Source: Trichosphaerium sp. ATCC 40318
Taxonomy: Eukaryota > Protista > Tubulinea
DNA: 64,000 nucleotides
Direction: 5' to 3'
NCBI GenBank assembly: GCA_038496445.1
Contig: JALMLS010000507.1
Coordinates: 682,001 to 746,000 of the forward strand
In this document: positions 40,601 to 54,200 of the stretch, piece by piece
How positions within the stretch are numbered: position 1 is the stretch's first letter
How the letters are laid out: every line of letters starts with the position of its first letter
Notes under the pieces: model-generated
What the model was told of the DNA's origin: nothing
The model's database searches: none
The model's input: only the letters and a program-made list of their open reading frames with translations
Position numbers and translations under genes: made by a program

Positions 40601-43600
40601 CACGCCTACCACATTTATCATTAGTAATAATACGGGACGATTTTATTTCTTACCCAACTTTGTGAGGTTAGTGCACTGTCCAAGTAGGTGTAAATTTGGA
40701 TCGTCTAAATCTCTGTAAAGAGTTAGCAATGGTCATTTTAATTCTCACGTGCTTGAACCGACAACCAAAGCTAACTAGGTTTGGCAGCGTTTTATCAATA
40801 ACTGCTTTAGTGACCTTGTCAATATCTGGTATAGTAATTTGTTGAATGTTCAAACTCGTTAAGCTTTTAATTGCAAGCAGAGCTTCAAACGGCATCCCTG
40901 GGTTTTTTTTAAGTGAGTATTTTGTGTAAGTACTTGTGACATACATGGCGAGTTCTTAAACTCAAGTGTTTGTAAATTGGGTAAGAGAGTACTAAGCTTT
41001 GGTGTTATGAGATTTTCTCGATTATTAGCGCTTATAATACCACCACAAGGTCGTCGTTTTATTGAAGTAATTCCTTCAAGGCTAAATTATTTTTAGTTCG
41101 AGGAAGTTATATTTGTATAATCTCTTCTCGTACTATGGTTTTAACTTTTTTTGCAACAAGGGAACATGGTGTTGCGCCATAGATACAATTGTGAGATATT
41201 CCAGTTCTCTAAGATAAGAAGGTCAGCGCGTAGGTTACTTCAGTAAAAATAGATACCCATAATGAGGCTGCACATCAAACAACAATCTTAGCATATCATC
41301 AACAGCTGTTTCGTCAATTTGAAGTGCCTAGCAAGTTGTAAGTTATTAGTAACTGATATCAGTGTACATGGACTTACCTTTTCTATGTACCATGCGCATT
41401 TTTCTTGAAGTACTTCTAAAATACCTATCTCTCCATATTTTGGCCAACAACTTCCCATCAATGCATAGTTAACAGTTCGGAATGATGCAAATATTTGCTT
41501 GATTAAAGCCATTATCGCCATTACGTTACCCTTATCAACTTTCTTTGCAGCACGAGGTATTGAAACTAAAGATAACAGTGTTATTTTTCTTACTTACACT
41601 TAATAAGCACGTGCCCAGTAATATAGGATCATTATTTGAAAAGGATGTACGCATAGTACTCATGTGCATTTCAATGCGTTTTACATACCTTAAGGAAAAC
41701 ATTAATTTTTAATATACACGCTCATTAAATCTTACTCCAGGTGAGCAAATGCGTGAGTTATTAAAGTGTCATCAAGTCTGAAAGCTTGCTCAAAACGTTC
41801 TTTGGATTTCTAGACCAGTAAGAAAATAATACGAAAAAATGAGTTCTCCTCGTACCACGATTTTTGAACGCTTAGCAAGTATATAAGCGCTTATGTATAT
41901 CAAATAAGCATTATTAGGTTCTATTTGAAGCCCTAACTGTATATAGTACTCTGCTTTATTTAAGCTAAACTCAAATTAAGATACATTATCAGTTTTCTAT
42001 ACTTACTATTCTTTGACTTGCTCTGTTTTAGATCCACTGCACGATAAAAAGTAGCACTCAGCTTGAATTATGGGTTATAAGGACTTCTATACTTATTTTC
42101 CGTACCTAACTTAGCATAGAGTCGTTCATCACTTTTCAAAAGCGTAATAGCTTGTTCCAATTTCTCTCTAAAACAATGTCAATACTTGAGAAGATGTTTT
42201 TGGATAAAGTCCTACGCTGCCATTTTCAAAGGTTGATAGTACAACGATATAGAAAAGTCATCTGTGTATACTAGTGATTTTGCTTTCTCAATCAGGACGA
42301 ACGCTTGAGATATAGAGAGATAAGGAATAGCTTTAATGCGATACGGCAATTCAACAATATCAAAATTTTGAATAACAGGAACTATTCAACAGAAGTTAGC
42401 AACTGCACAATGCGTTTGTTCTAGATTAACGTACTTGATTGCATTTGAGATGATTCATGCTCTCTTCTAGCTAATTGATCGCGATCTTTTGGTAACAAAG
42501 AATGCACTCTACGGCTTATTTTCATACCTAAGTACAGCATTATTCTTTGTTCTCTTTCCTTATGTACATTACCTAAAATTGCTTCCAAACGCATAAAAAG
42601 CAAACGTATAATAACGTCTGACAACAAACTCCAACTCGCCTCTCTTTGCTGATAAGTAAGTATACTGCCTGAAAAAAACCAGTTAAATAACGGCCAGCAA
42701 AGAGCAGTTCTTACCAAGTGGTAATGTTGGTCTGCTATCGAATTTCTCAATGATCAAGTTCTTTACATCAACATTCCTAAATGGATATTACAAAGAGTCT
42801 TAAGAGTCTATTAGTTCATACCAAAATCTTGAGAATAGGAATCTGTCTGTAGCAAATACAGTAGCATTAAAGTAATCCGCTATGAGTTGCTTATCGTTAA
42901 CCTCTGATCTGTCTTGCATGGAGCTTAATTGAGACCGTAGAATGATGTTGATATTGTCTTTTATCACTCTAAACATTCGTAAATACTAGTGTTCACAGGA
43001 TAAGTTCAACTATGTGCAATTACCTTGCTGCCATTTCTGTTAGAATAACCCTCTTATGTCTGTCGAAAGTTGCGTGGTGATAAATAACACCCAGATGTCT
43101 TATATTTAATCCTACAATAGTGTAAGTCATATTTTGTTATTCATTAAAACATCACCTTGGCCATGCATCGCGTCAACTATTTTGGCAGCAAAGTCTATTT
43201 CTTCCATTGATTTCTCATATTTTGGCCAATCAAAATCAAAGGGACAAAGTAATTTATAACCAGACTCATTCTCAGATGGGTATATTTTGTCTAAGTTCTC
43301 AATTAAACGAGGAACTTGCTTTTTCTGTAAATAAAAACATGCTTCTAAATAAGTCTTGTTAGCAAGGGTACAAGTGTTGTTTCTTTGATTACCTCGTATG
43401 TTTTCTGCGTGTACTTTTTTCAACGGTTCACTAGCATTCCAAAGAGAAAAGGCATCAGAGTTTAGAGGCTTTTGGTTATTCGCTACAGCTTCCAGCCTCA
43501 TCAAGCGAAAATAGATTTGCCTTGGGACACTATGTTGAATAATGTAAGCAGTTTGTTATATAATTGATAGTGCTGAACGTACCCTACAGGTGCTTCACAT

Positions 43601-45124
43601 GGAAGAATGCGTGCAAAGTCTAATATGTAGTATCGATGGTCTTCCCCTTTATGGCCCTCAATATCACCAGGACCATAAATAATCTTATCTGATACTTTAT
43701 GCTTACACAGATTCATTGCTTTACAAACACGTTCCCAATGTCTATGGTAACACATTAGTTTATAAACCATAAATCAGCTAACGACTTACGAAGAGAATAC
43801 TGGGTCGGAGTTAAAAACGTTTCTTCCTCCATCCGATGAACCTAAGAAGAAGGTTATTTCTATGCTGAACAATGAACTGCTTACCATATATAAGAGTACT
43901 CTTGTTTATCGGCAACAAAGCAACTACAGAAATGTCAAAATGACTCATTACACGTGTTATGTAGTACCAGCTATTAATCTGAAGCCACGATAGTCAATAA
44001 CTTGCATGAGCGGTACATGTAAAGGAACTTTAGTTTTCTTAATAAACTGATAAATAGCAATCAAGCCCTAACCAAAGTTAATAACCGTCCGGTATTAAAA
44101 GTTGAACCTTCAGCTCGTGGCCGCCTGACTTCATAGCTTTCTCTTCAGATGGTTTATCGCGACCGTACATCCAAGCTGAAATAGATTTTATATACGTGTC
44201 ATGGACAAACTAACATGTGATTGAGCGTATTTTAATGTATTAATACTTGAGTACCTTGAATAAAATGCCTTTAACAATATACCTAGTAAAGAAATACTGT
44301 TAACAACATCACACAGCATGTAACGTTCACTTACTTATCACCACCGGCAATACCACCAATATTAACCGGTTTTATTGTCTTGTGAGTAACAGGAATATAC
44401 TTTTCTTGGAAGAATTAGCTCAAAAATTCAAAGGTAAATAATTTTTATGCTTACCTCTTATTATTATTTTACCATAAATACCTGCAGTATTCTCAAAGTC
44501 ACTTGCAAGTTCAGTGATACTAGCATACTTTTTCAAGGAGTCTGGTTGATCACTTAGTCTCTGAAACTCTAAACAACATGTAAGATGTAAAAAAACTTTC
44601 TGTTTGAATAAACTAGCTCTACCTTCGTTCCAGTTTCTATGATGGCCCTGTGTAGGACTCACTGGGCTCGAAGAACCTCCACAAGAAGAAGAATTGCTAG
44701 AATCAGAACTCACAGCTTGATAAACGAGAGGAGCGTAGTTGCCTTTTTGGCACGTGAGTCAGGACAAAATATAGCACCGAAGCGTTAAATGACTTTGAAG
44801 CAAAAAGAAGATAGTTTAGGTAACGTTCAGTGCATTGGAGTTAAAGTTTCATGTGAAAAACGTCAAGAATTCGCTAACCTGCGTCACTACTACCGGAGCT
44901 TCTATTTAGACTGTATATTGTTCTTTTTGGTGTAAGTAATAAAGCAGCAAAAAAAAAATTTGCGTACCCGTCAACATCAGGCTCAGCATATCGCTGTTTA
45001 TTGTCATAGTACGCTTCACTAAGAAAATTAATGACACTTTACGCTATTTAAATGCGTACGTGTGAAGTTCGTTTCCATCCGTACCAATGTAAGTGCCATT
45101 ACTTGCATCAGCAGGCTCAGCCAT
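37628..45124 (-). CDS. Large Clu-domain protein: Clu - TPR-like - LRR - acidic linker - C-terminal ADF-H (coactosin-like) domain
   Basis: Clu: WNEEFQ, GGIAGGDKY, AMKSGGHELKG, VPLMQVIDYRGFRL, YGSSDGG, GPGDIEGHKGEDHRYYILDFAR, PLNSDAFS. LRR-like segments at 39200-41100. ADF-H: VKEAWKELVDEDNDTNIFAFSY, RVRFLLLPWLGEQAKVIDRAR. I checked the junction at 39000-39120 and it is in frame; not every other junction was checked. Confidence 0.75.
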
Positions 45125-45237
45125 GTTCAAAGTAACGGTTTGTAGATGAGGCAAAAAACAAGGACTTAAAGAATGTACACTAAGTCAGTAATGACACGCG
45201 ACAATGACTCAAAAAAACAGTTTTATTTACTTTAGAA

Positions 45238-47591
45238 TTACTGTATATCTGATATTGACCCTTTAGTCTCACGGTATGGCCATGCTTCTTTGCGTTTTGT
45301 ATTAGCACGGCTTGATACCAAAAAGAAGGCAATCCAGAACAAGATAAAGAAACCTGAACATTAGGTTAATAAATAACACTCAAAAAATAGGACAGGTACC
45401 TCCTGCCAACGCTGATACGATTATATTATTGATAAGGAAACTAGGAGGAATCCAAACAATGCCTATACCACCCGAGCATGTATAGAATACGCTATCTTTG
45501 GCGACAGTGATCGTGGTGCCGTTGAGTGGAATACAAGCTATTCCAAAGTCAATTTTAATATGTTGAAAAGAAAAAAACTTGTAATTGATTACCATGGTCA
45601 GTGTCAACTTCTTTTGCTAATATTTCCTTGCTGTCGTTCAAGGAAATAGCACGTAGCGTAGTACCACTGAAGAAATAAATACTAGCAGCACCATCAATGA
45701 CTACTGTGCTAGTAACTTCTACTTCCTTTGTCCAAATTTCACTTCCTTTTGGTGTCATGTACTTTGTCATTTTAGTTTCTTTCCAAATAAAGTAGTGCGT
45801 ACTGTAATGTCGTGTTTACTCGCCACTACAATTCCCTTTCCAGGTTGAGTAGCTAACAAAAATGCGTCAGTAATACCAGGTATTGTCTATATAACGTACA
45901 AATATCTGTAATTATGTGTTTAAATGTTTTAGTTGTCAAACTCTTTGGGTCTAAGTCCAACGATGCAAAATGCAAATCTTTACTATCGTCTTCAGCCTAT
46001 TCATACGATAAGTATTCTTTGAAATACATACAAATGTACGTACAAATATTAATTGCTTTTCAATAGCATCCACAGATAGCATATCGCACGGCTTGTCAAC
46101 CTTAACACAGTGTTAAATACTAATAAACTAATTTAGTACGTACTTGACCAATAAGACTGCCATTAAACATAACATACAATCCCTCACCTTCTAGGTAATA
46201 TGAGCCAATTGACTTATTTTAAATCGTTTTGAACCCAGACGTACCTTCATGTGCGCAAATATACGTGTATGTACCATTCTCGTGTGGAGCACTTGCCATA
46301 ATAACTTTAGTATCAGAGGCATTTGCAACTGTATAAAAATCGAGTGTTGTATTAGACAACTCAACACCATTTGTAGCATTAAGCACAGCCAAGTTCATTT
46401 TAGAGTCTCGGTGAGCTACGAATTAATCAGCAACTCCGTCAAGAGAAAGACCAAACAAAAAAAGTGGAAAAGTTTGATCATTTGGTTTTTTTTTTTGAAC
46501 GTACCTAGCACTTCCAAAGTATCCTTTGTTGCTAATAAAGAGTAAACACTACAGTTTTTGCATAGTGTCACAGGATCCTTTTTAGGAAATTCCTTCATGC
46601 TACGGCCAATAGTAGCGTTGAGAGACCAAAGCAACTAGAAATACAATATTAATACTTATTTCAAAAAAAATGTGTTCCACTAGAAGTGACAAGAGCCAAA
46701 AGCGATTTAAACAGGCATAAAAAGGCGTACACCATTATTGTTTTGCTCGGCAAGTATAAGTATTGGTGTGTTGTAAGAACCACCTGATCTACGCTGTGAT
46801 GTTAGATTGAGAACTGCAATCGTGTTTAATCGCTACCTAGCGTAACCCAATGCCCAGTTTACTACATGACCTATTTTTTTGTGAGCATTAATTTGAGAAC
46901 GATCAAATAATCGTACCAAGGTTGTTTCTTGTCCAACGCTTGGAACCAGTGCGTTTGTACGACCAAAAAGTATCACCACAATTACCAAAAGCGCTATTGC
47001 CACCATCAACGAGTATGGCGTTGTTTGTTGAGCATTCTTGATCCTTTATCTCGCTGACAAGCTACTACCTTTTAATTCAGCCCAAAACGCGTATAGTACC
47101 TTGAATTCAGCTTCAGAATCAGGACCAACGTGTAGTGAAGTGCCAGTGCGTTGTTTGTCGTGCTTTGCTGTCTGCCATTCAAATGACGCTGAAATATCCA
47201 CCAACGGAGCAGCTGTAGGGGCAGTTGTTGCTGCAGTTGGCGCAGCTTTACTAGGAGTCATAGTGGGTGTCACTGGCGCTGCTGTTGTAGGCGTAGCGGT
47301 CGGTGTAGTAGGCGCTGCTGTTGTAGGCGTTGCGGTGGGTGTAGTAGGCGCTGCAGTTGGCGCAGCTTTACTAGGAGTCATAGTGGGTGTCACTGGTGCT
47401 ACTGTTGTAGGCGTAGCGGTCGGTGTAGTAGGCGCTGCTGTTGTAGGCGTTGCGGTCGGTGTAGTAGGCGCTGCTGTTGTTGGTGAACCCGTTGGAGAGT
47501 CAGTCGTACTCTCTGGAGTTTGGGCTGGCGATATGCACGCGCACAGCGCCATTAGCGCAAGTAGAACACAAGTATTTATTAAAACACGCAT
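45238..47591 (-). CDS. Type I membrane protein: signal peptide, T/A/P mucin region, PQQ/BamB-like beta-propeller, C-terminal TM
   Basis: MRVLINTCVLLALMALCAC; WQTAKHDKQRTG (typical start of PQQ-like propellers); TM NIIVSALAGGFFILFWIAFFLV followed by a basic tail. Confidence 0.7.
47230..47480 (-). repeat. Two near-identical 120-bp coding direct repeats made of 33-bp PTATPTTAAPT-type subunits
   Basis: gctgcagttggcgcagctttactaggagtcatagtgggtgtcactgg... occurs at about 47230 and 47350. Confidence 0.85.
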
Positions 47592-48002
47592 AACGTGCGT
47601 CAGGTCTAATTTTTGAGCGTAATATTACATTTTTAATGAAAATCGCCAAACGAATTCCTCTGCCTAGTATTTTTACTCTTTACACTTTAGCTTTCGCTTG
47701 ATGATTCAAAAGATGAACTAGAACTATCAACATCACCTGTGACAGCATTTGTTGCTTCAGGCACGTGTTGTTTCATTTCCTTTGACTCACGTTTCTGAAA
47801 TTTAATTTAGCTCGTTATTTTTTTTAAACGGCCGTCAACGTACTGGCTTTCTATGTCTCCCCCTTCTCCTCCGGAACCATGCGACAGGAATAGCAACAAT
47901 TAAATAAATAAGCGCGATTAGCCCTGCTACAAGCGCTAAGATCCGTACAACTACTACACTTGTAACATTAGTACAAAAATACAGCACGTGTTCATTTTGT
48001 AC

Positions 48003-51000
48003 ATGGTTCTTCAGCGGGTTCCTGCAAGTTTTAAGCTACATAATGACCCTTCATACCAACGTACGCTTAGAGTGGTGTTCATTTAGATGGATTTGACGCA
48101 GTTTTTGTTTCCCAGTTAATTGTAGAAGTTTGATTACAGAATTGGGAGTCTCGTTAATTCCATGGTGTTATTGAACAGGTCAAGGACGCATGAAAAAGAA
48201 GACTACTCGAAAGAGGTGAGGGTTAATGTTTACCCGCAATTTTAGTATTGAACAAAATGTAGAAAGCGCTCTGTGGCAGCTTGCAAGACATGCCGGGAGC
48301 GTCATGTAAAGTGCGATGGCGGCAATCCATGTGGTATTCCAAAAATTTTTGGGTGTTTTAAGTTTTAGAGCGCTGTATGACTCTTCGAATAGGTCGCTGT
48401 AAGAAAAGAAACCTAAAATGCGTTTTTTCAACGCCAAGGAAACGAGGGCCACAAAAAGGTAAATTACATTACATAACAGGATTCACACAGCGCCTTTCAC
48501 GCCGAATCTCTTGTTTACAGCTGGTTCAACAAACACATTGTAAAATATCGTTAGGGCATTTAGAATCTGTCACTGGCGAAATGAAGACCCTACAACAAGC
48601 GCTACGCACGAAAGATGATGAATTAAGTCGTTGGAAAGCTTTGTACCAAGAGAGAGTCGCTGCACAATCCGTACGCATATTTGATTCGCTACGAATACCA
48701 CGTAGCTCTTTTTTACCTTAGCATAGGTTAAATAAATTTTAGATATGTGACTCAACAGGCTTACACTTACAACTCAGCGCATCCTTGGCAACGTACCTAT
48801 CGAATTATAACAATTTTTATGGCCAAATTACTGTACGAACGGACATTTAATTTCAGCGTTGTTTTCAGAACGCTTGTGGCCTCATTGTTTGTTTAGAGTA
48901 TCTTTCCTTGCCATGATTCGAACCAATTTTTGTCATTGTTGTCAAATAGAATGGGTATGGTTATAGCTGATGGGATTAACGGTTTTACCAATCAGTCTAA
49001 AATACATTCAACAGCTTTTTGGTTCAACTCTTTTAACTGACCCCAAATTAGAATCTTCTAACCCAGCAGTGATGACTACAGCAGCAACAGTTTGCTTAGG
49101 TGCTATTCTTGCTTGTACGTCGTCGTTGTGGTCATATCACTGGGTCTAACTAGAAAATAAATAGGGAATCCTCATCATGGTGAGTTTTTTAAAAATGTTG
49201 CTTCACAAATGCTACGCATGTCTTTTGATGAATGTCATCCACAAGTTGCAGCATGTACGTCTTATATATAGTGATAATACTCTTACTCATTATTTTTATC
49301 GATTAGCAATGTGTTTATTGGGTACATACTATCAAGCAAAAGGACAATTAAGCAAATCAAGGCATTACCTTGGGTTAGCTCATTGTACGTATAGGTTTTG
49401 GTCCGTCGCGCTTAATTTCTATTAAAAGCAACTTGTCAACTACTTGTTACGGATAAACATATTGGAGAAACAGAGCCTGATACATTACAATTATTAACAA
49501 TGATGCAGTTATCAATCAAAGTAATATCTGCAGAATTTTCACCTACGAAGTGCGTGTCAATTACACTGTCCTCCTAATAATTCGCCCGTGTAGAGAAGTT
49601 GTGCAAAAACTATTTAATGATATTCTTCCTACCTTGTACACTTTGAAATCACTATACCCAAACAGACAATCGTTAATTATATTGACAGTTTTGGCTAAAT
49701 TGCACTATGTAAGCCTCGAAACAATTGGGATGTTTTTGCTTATGTTATGTTTTAGTTTCAATTGGAGATGAGTAAAGCAGTTCTCATAGACGCTAATGGA
49801 GCATGTACAATAGTACGGTTTTGAAAAAAAATCACGTGATTGTGCTTATGCTAACACGTTTTTTTCTGTAGCAACAAGAGAAGTATGTTAAAGTTTTACA
49901 AGGATTGGAAGATTTGGAATCACTTCTAGATTCTCTTCCAGAGCGTGCTAAGCATGTTGTTTCTTGTTTCAGAATAATGCTTGGTGTAATGAAAGCGTCA
50001 ACTCACTTTAGCTGCGCAAACCTTACGCTGGCAATACAAGTACGTCAATCACGGCAAAGCGTCTCTACCAACCAACAAGTGAACTCACTTTTCTTGATGT
50101 AATCTAAAATTGTTTACGACATCAAGTGGTTCATTGTGAACGCAAAATTTGATCTTTGTGCTGAATACTTACGCCTTTGTTAGGTTGCTAATGAGTCTCT
50201 AAACCTTATTCGAAGTGATGAAGAGCTTGAAAGAATGGCTGCTGCTCATTTACCTGTCGCTGTATCTTTACTACATGATGCATGTTATCTAGCTATCCGA
50301 GGCAATCATCTTGGCTTATTCCACAAAGTACGTCCTTTGTACAGAATGACGAAGTGTTAATGGGCTTTAGACGATTACACACGTGTCAAAACTTGCTTGT
50401 GGTTGGCCACCTGGTGTTCCTGTGGCTTTGGGTCTTATACAACAAGCCAACGACTCCAACATGGATTATGATGAAGCAATCATTGGTGATATTTTAACAA
50501 AGTTAGGGAACACTCCAGTTTGTCTTAAAAAAGACCTAATAGTAGGATGGATGCTTTTAGGCAACTGTACAACTTACGTTTCATGTATTAAAAAGTACGT
50601 ACACATGTCACACTGATATGAGTGTACTAAACCATGCTTAAAGTTTAGAAAAACAAAAGGAAGAACCATCACTCCTTGCACCACTTTCAGTGCCTAATAT
50701 GACAGTGCCTGCTGAAGTCGATCAAACTAAAACGCAGAGTGTTAATTGTAGTAACACTAAACAACCTGTTGAAGTACATAGTCCAAGCAGTAGGGCACCT
50801 TCTAGTCCGTCTATTCAACTGGAAGATTTTGCAGCACAATTTTTAACACCACCTCAACAATCACCATTAAGTAATCATAATACGCTTGATGATAATCTCA
50901 AGAATCATCAATTTTTAAATTCAGAGGAGCAAGTGCTTCATCAACTTGATTTACCTGATCATGCCTTATTGACACCACAAGGTACACGACTTGAAAAAAA

Positions 51001-51107
51001 AACTATGATCAAGTTACTTAATCTATTTAGGTGGGGATCTACCGAATTTATTTGAGTATACAGGCCTGGGTGATGATACACAGGATAAATTCGGGTTCAC
51101 TCTTTGA
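48003..51107 (+). CDS. Zn(II)2Cys6 (GAL4-type) transcription factor
   Basis: Spliced ACKTCRERHVKCDGGNPCGRCKKRNLKCVFSTPRKRGP, coiled coil, helical middle region, acidic/Q-rich C-terminus. The start codon is approximate. Confidence 0.85.
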
Positions 51108-51213
51108 ATTTTTTGTATTACTTCGGGCGGACTGACTGCTACGGGCTAAACTTTTTTTTCGGACGGTCAAAATTAACTTGTATTATAAAATCTGTTGTAC
51201 ATAATTGTGATGT

Positions 51214-54200
51214 TTACATACTTATTTCAGCGAGTACAATTTGTTCCATAGATTTTTTAAGAAAACCATAGGTGCACACGTCTGGAGTTTTGTTTGACGT
51301 GTGACCTCGTCTTATGCTATTCGAGAAAAATATGAGAAAAAGTTTCGAAGGCAAAAGACATACCGTGCAAAAACTGCGACTGGCGCGAAGAGATCAATAG
51401 GACTGCACAATCTAGCTATTATTTTATAATTCCCTTTCAGATTTTGTTGATTATTTGATGGTAGTATGTACTCTTGAGGGCCATAGCCTTTGATTTTTGG
51501 GTGAACTTTAAGTTTAAAAAAACAAGTGGTATATTTTGGGGTTTTTACGTACCTTTGCAATCTGTCGACATTAAACCGCCCATCCTTGTTCTGTTATTAA
51601 AAGAGTAACAATCTTCTCCTGAAGGTTCTATGACATGAAGTTCAATATTCGCTGTAGGGCTATTCCACACAAGCACAACTCTAAAAAAAAACTTAATCTG
51701 GCGCTCGCTCACAAGTTTTTACCTCAGAAAGTGGTCTATTGATTGACCAAGAGTGATCACCTTAGCTGGAGCATAGCCCCTCAGTTTAGTTTCTAGATCC
51801 CGCTTGAATTTGTCTACATTTTTCATGTTGACTCGTTTTATAACCTCAAACAAGTCATTCAATGCTACAAGTTGGATTTGGTGTCTCTGAAATCTATTTT
51901 CCCATCTTGTCTTTAGGACTTCAAGCAGCGCTTCAAACTGTTTTGATGGACTGTCCTGATACGCTGTTGCTAATTCCCTAGACGTTGAATGAGATAAAAT
52001 TAAGTAAATTCTGCACCAATGTGAAAGCGGTTCTTCGGGCAGAAGCTCCAACACTTTAGTAACAATCTTGCAACACCTAGTACTTAGTGTAAGCAGCTAA
52101 AACAATAAACCTTGCTCGCACAATTTTTGTACTTGATCCTTAAATCCTTCTTGGTTGCTAAACAGTACTTGAGATACCCAAGCGCATAATCTGAACTGCT
52201 GAGGATCTGGTGAGGTCGACATCTCCAATAACTGCGAGAGAATTCGCAAACCTATCATTTCTTTACCAACAGAAATACACTCCTTTGTAGCAGCCTTAAA
52301 TCCTGTTAGCTATGGCAATGTAAACTGTTTAAGTACCAGTACGCCCTCAGCGGTATCACATGTAGCTAATAAATCGTCCAAATTAAAAGCTAAACGAAAG
52401 CCTGGGGTTGCGATATCATCCGGCTCTACTTCCATAGGTGTTGGTGCGAGAATTTTCTTGTTTTCTTCTCGCCCTCTAGATGGAATACTTGCTCCTTCTA
52501 TAGAAACGTAAACATACAAACCTTTTTGTAGTGTTCTTACCAAACCCGTATAGAAATATTGGCCTCTGCAACTTCTTTAATCCTGCTACAACATCCTGAA
52601 CAGATACTGTTCTTCGTTTGCTATGTACTGTGTACAAAATAGTATTTCTTAGAACATTCTCCAAAAACAGTTTCAGTACGCATCGTGCCTCTGAGCAAAT
52701 AGCCCAATGCATACGTTTTACGCCAGCACGTCTAGCTAAACGCTTTATACAAGGTTTAGATATACCTACGAGCGCGTGTTAGCTAGCTAAAAAAGCAAAT
52801 CCAGAGCTACCATGTAAATTGTCTCGTAGTATTTTTCTATGTCTCTTTGCACCACCTTTTCCAAGACCTTTTCCAAGTCGCTTGACAGTGGTGTTTATAC
52901 CAGAAAGAGGTTTGGCGCTTTTACTTGAAACTACTTTGCGAGGCCCGAAAATTCCTGCACGTGCTGCTTTTGATGACACAGTTTTACGAGGGTTGGGTGT
53001 AGATATATTTGTTGCCTCTGGTCGCATATTAATATCGCTGGAATGAACTCTTGGTGTAATTTTATCCCAAGCTGAAGGTGTAGGACCAATATCTACTTCC
53101 ATTTGATCGAATTCCAAGTTCTATTGCGGCAGGTGAATACAACAATGAAGTAACCTTGAGTACCTTTTCCCCATTCTGCTGCAACTCTGTATACTTCATT
53201 GGTACTGTCGGCAAGTTGCTCATTTGATCATGGAGCGAGTCAGGTTCTAGGCTTGAAGGCTTTATTGTGTAATACTTATTGTACTCATCTTTTTGTTTGA
53301 AGTCATGGTGTAGAACCTTGTAGAGTATTTATATGAATGTATCTTTAGAAAAACAAACACGCACGTGATCGTTGACTTGTAGATTGGGTGATGTTAAACA
53401 GTTTATTCTTTTCTCAATAAGATTACTGACGTATTGTTTATAACTGCGTTCTTCTTGTTCTTTTGTACCCACTTTTGATGCCATAACATTTAAAAACGCT
53501 TGTCTATCGCAAGTACTTAGCAAAAAAGCATTGGCAAAAGGTGTAAACAAGCTAAAATCGCTCATTTTCAACTATAACTGTTTTGATGTACCGTAGTTGG
53601 GGCCGCGATTTTGGTGGTTCTATATTATGTTGTATATATGAACCAAGTGTACGCAATATAATCATAGAAGTTTGAGAAGTGACAAGCCCATATTTCTTTC
53701 CAAGTGATTCGACTTTGTCAAATTGATGGGATATTTCATAATTGTCAATTTGTTGCTTAGCCCACGTTCTACGAACCAAACCTTCGATGCTGCATTTTCT
53801 GTTTGTCATCCCATGTACGGTATAAACATGATTTATTGTTGTTTCATTCATGTTGTAATACGGATATATGGTATGAACATGTCTCATGTCTTTAACTTTG
53901 CCGGAGATTAAAACGAATGGAGATTGCATTACTTCGCTGTTGTGTGGAGCAACTAGTAAGTTATCGTTAATACAATTTTTAAGGTAATTTGTATACGCAC
54001 ATTCAGTGATGCCACTATCATAATCTGCTCTAACGAATCTCCAACGATTTTCGGGAAGAAGGATTTCACATGCTATTTCAAAATAATTCTTCGAGGTGTT
54101 CCACAAGTCGTAGAATTGGCCTCCACTACTCGTTGATAATCGCTTCAAAATTAGGCTGTTGTATCTCTCACTCCCGGTTATGCAATGAATAGGGCACGCT

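Noticed and set aside
46519-46527. GTATCCTTT U12-like donor on the plus strand
   Set aside because: The gene here is on the minus strand, so this is a chance match.
52476-53117. Standalone canonical histone H4 gene or pseudogene
   Set aside because: No MSGRGK start, no stop after LYGF (a splice donor continues in frame), and the flanking exons are the two halves of one VIT/DUF2135 architecture.
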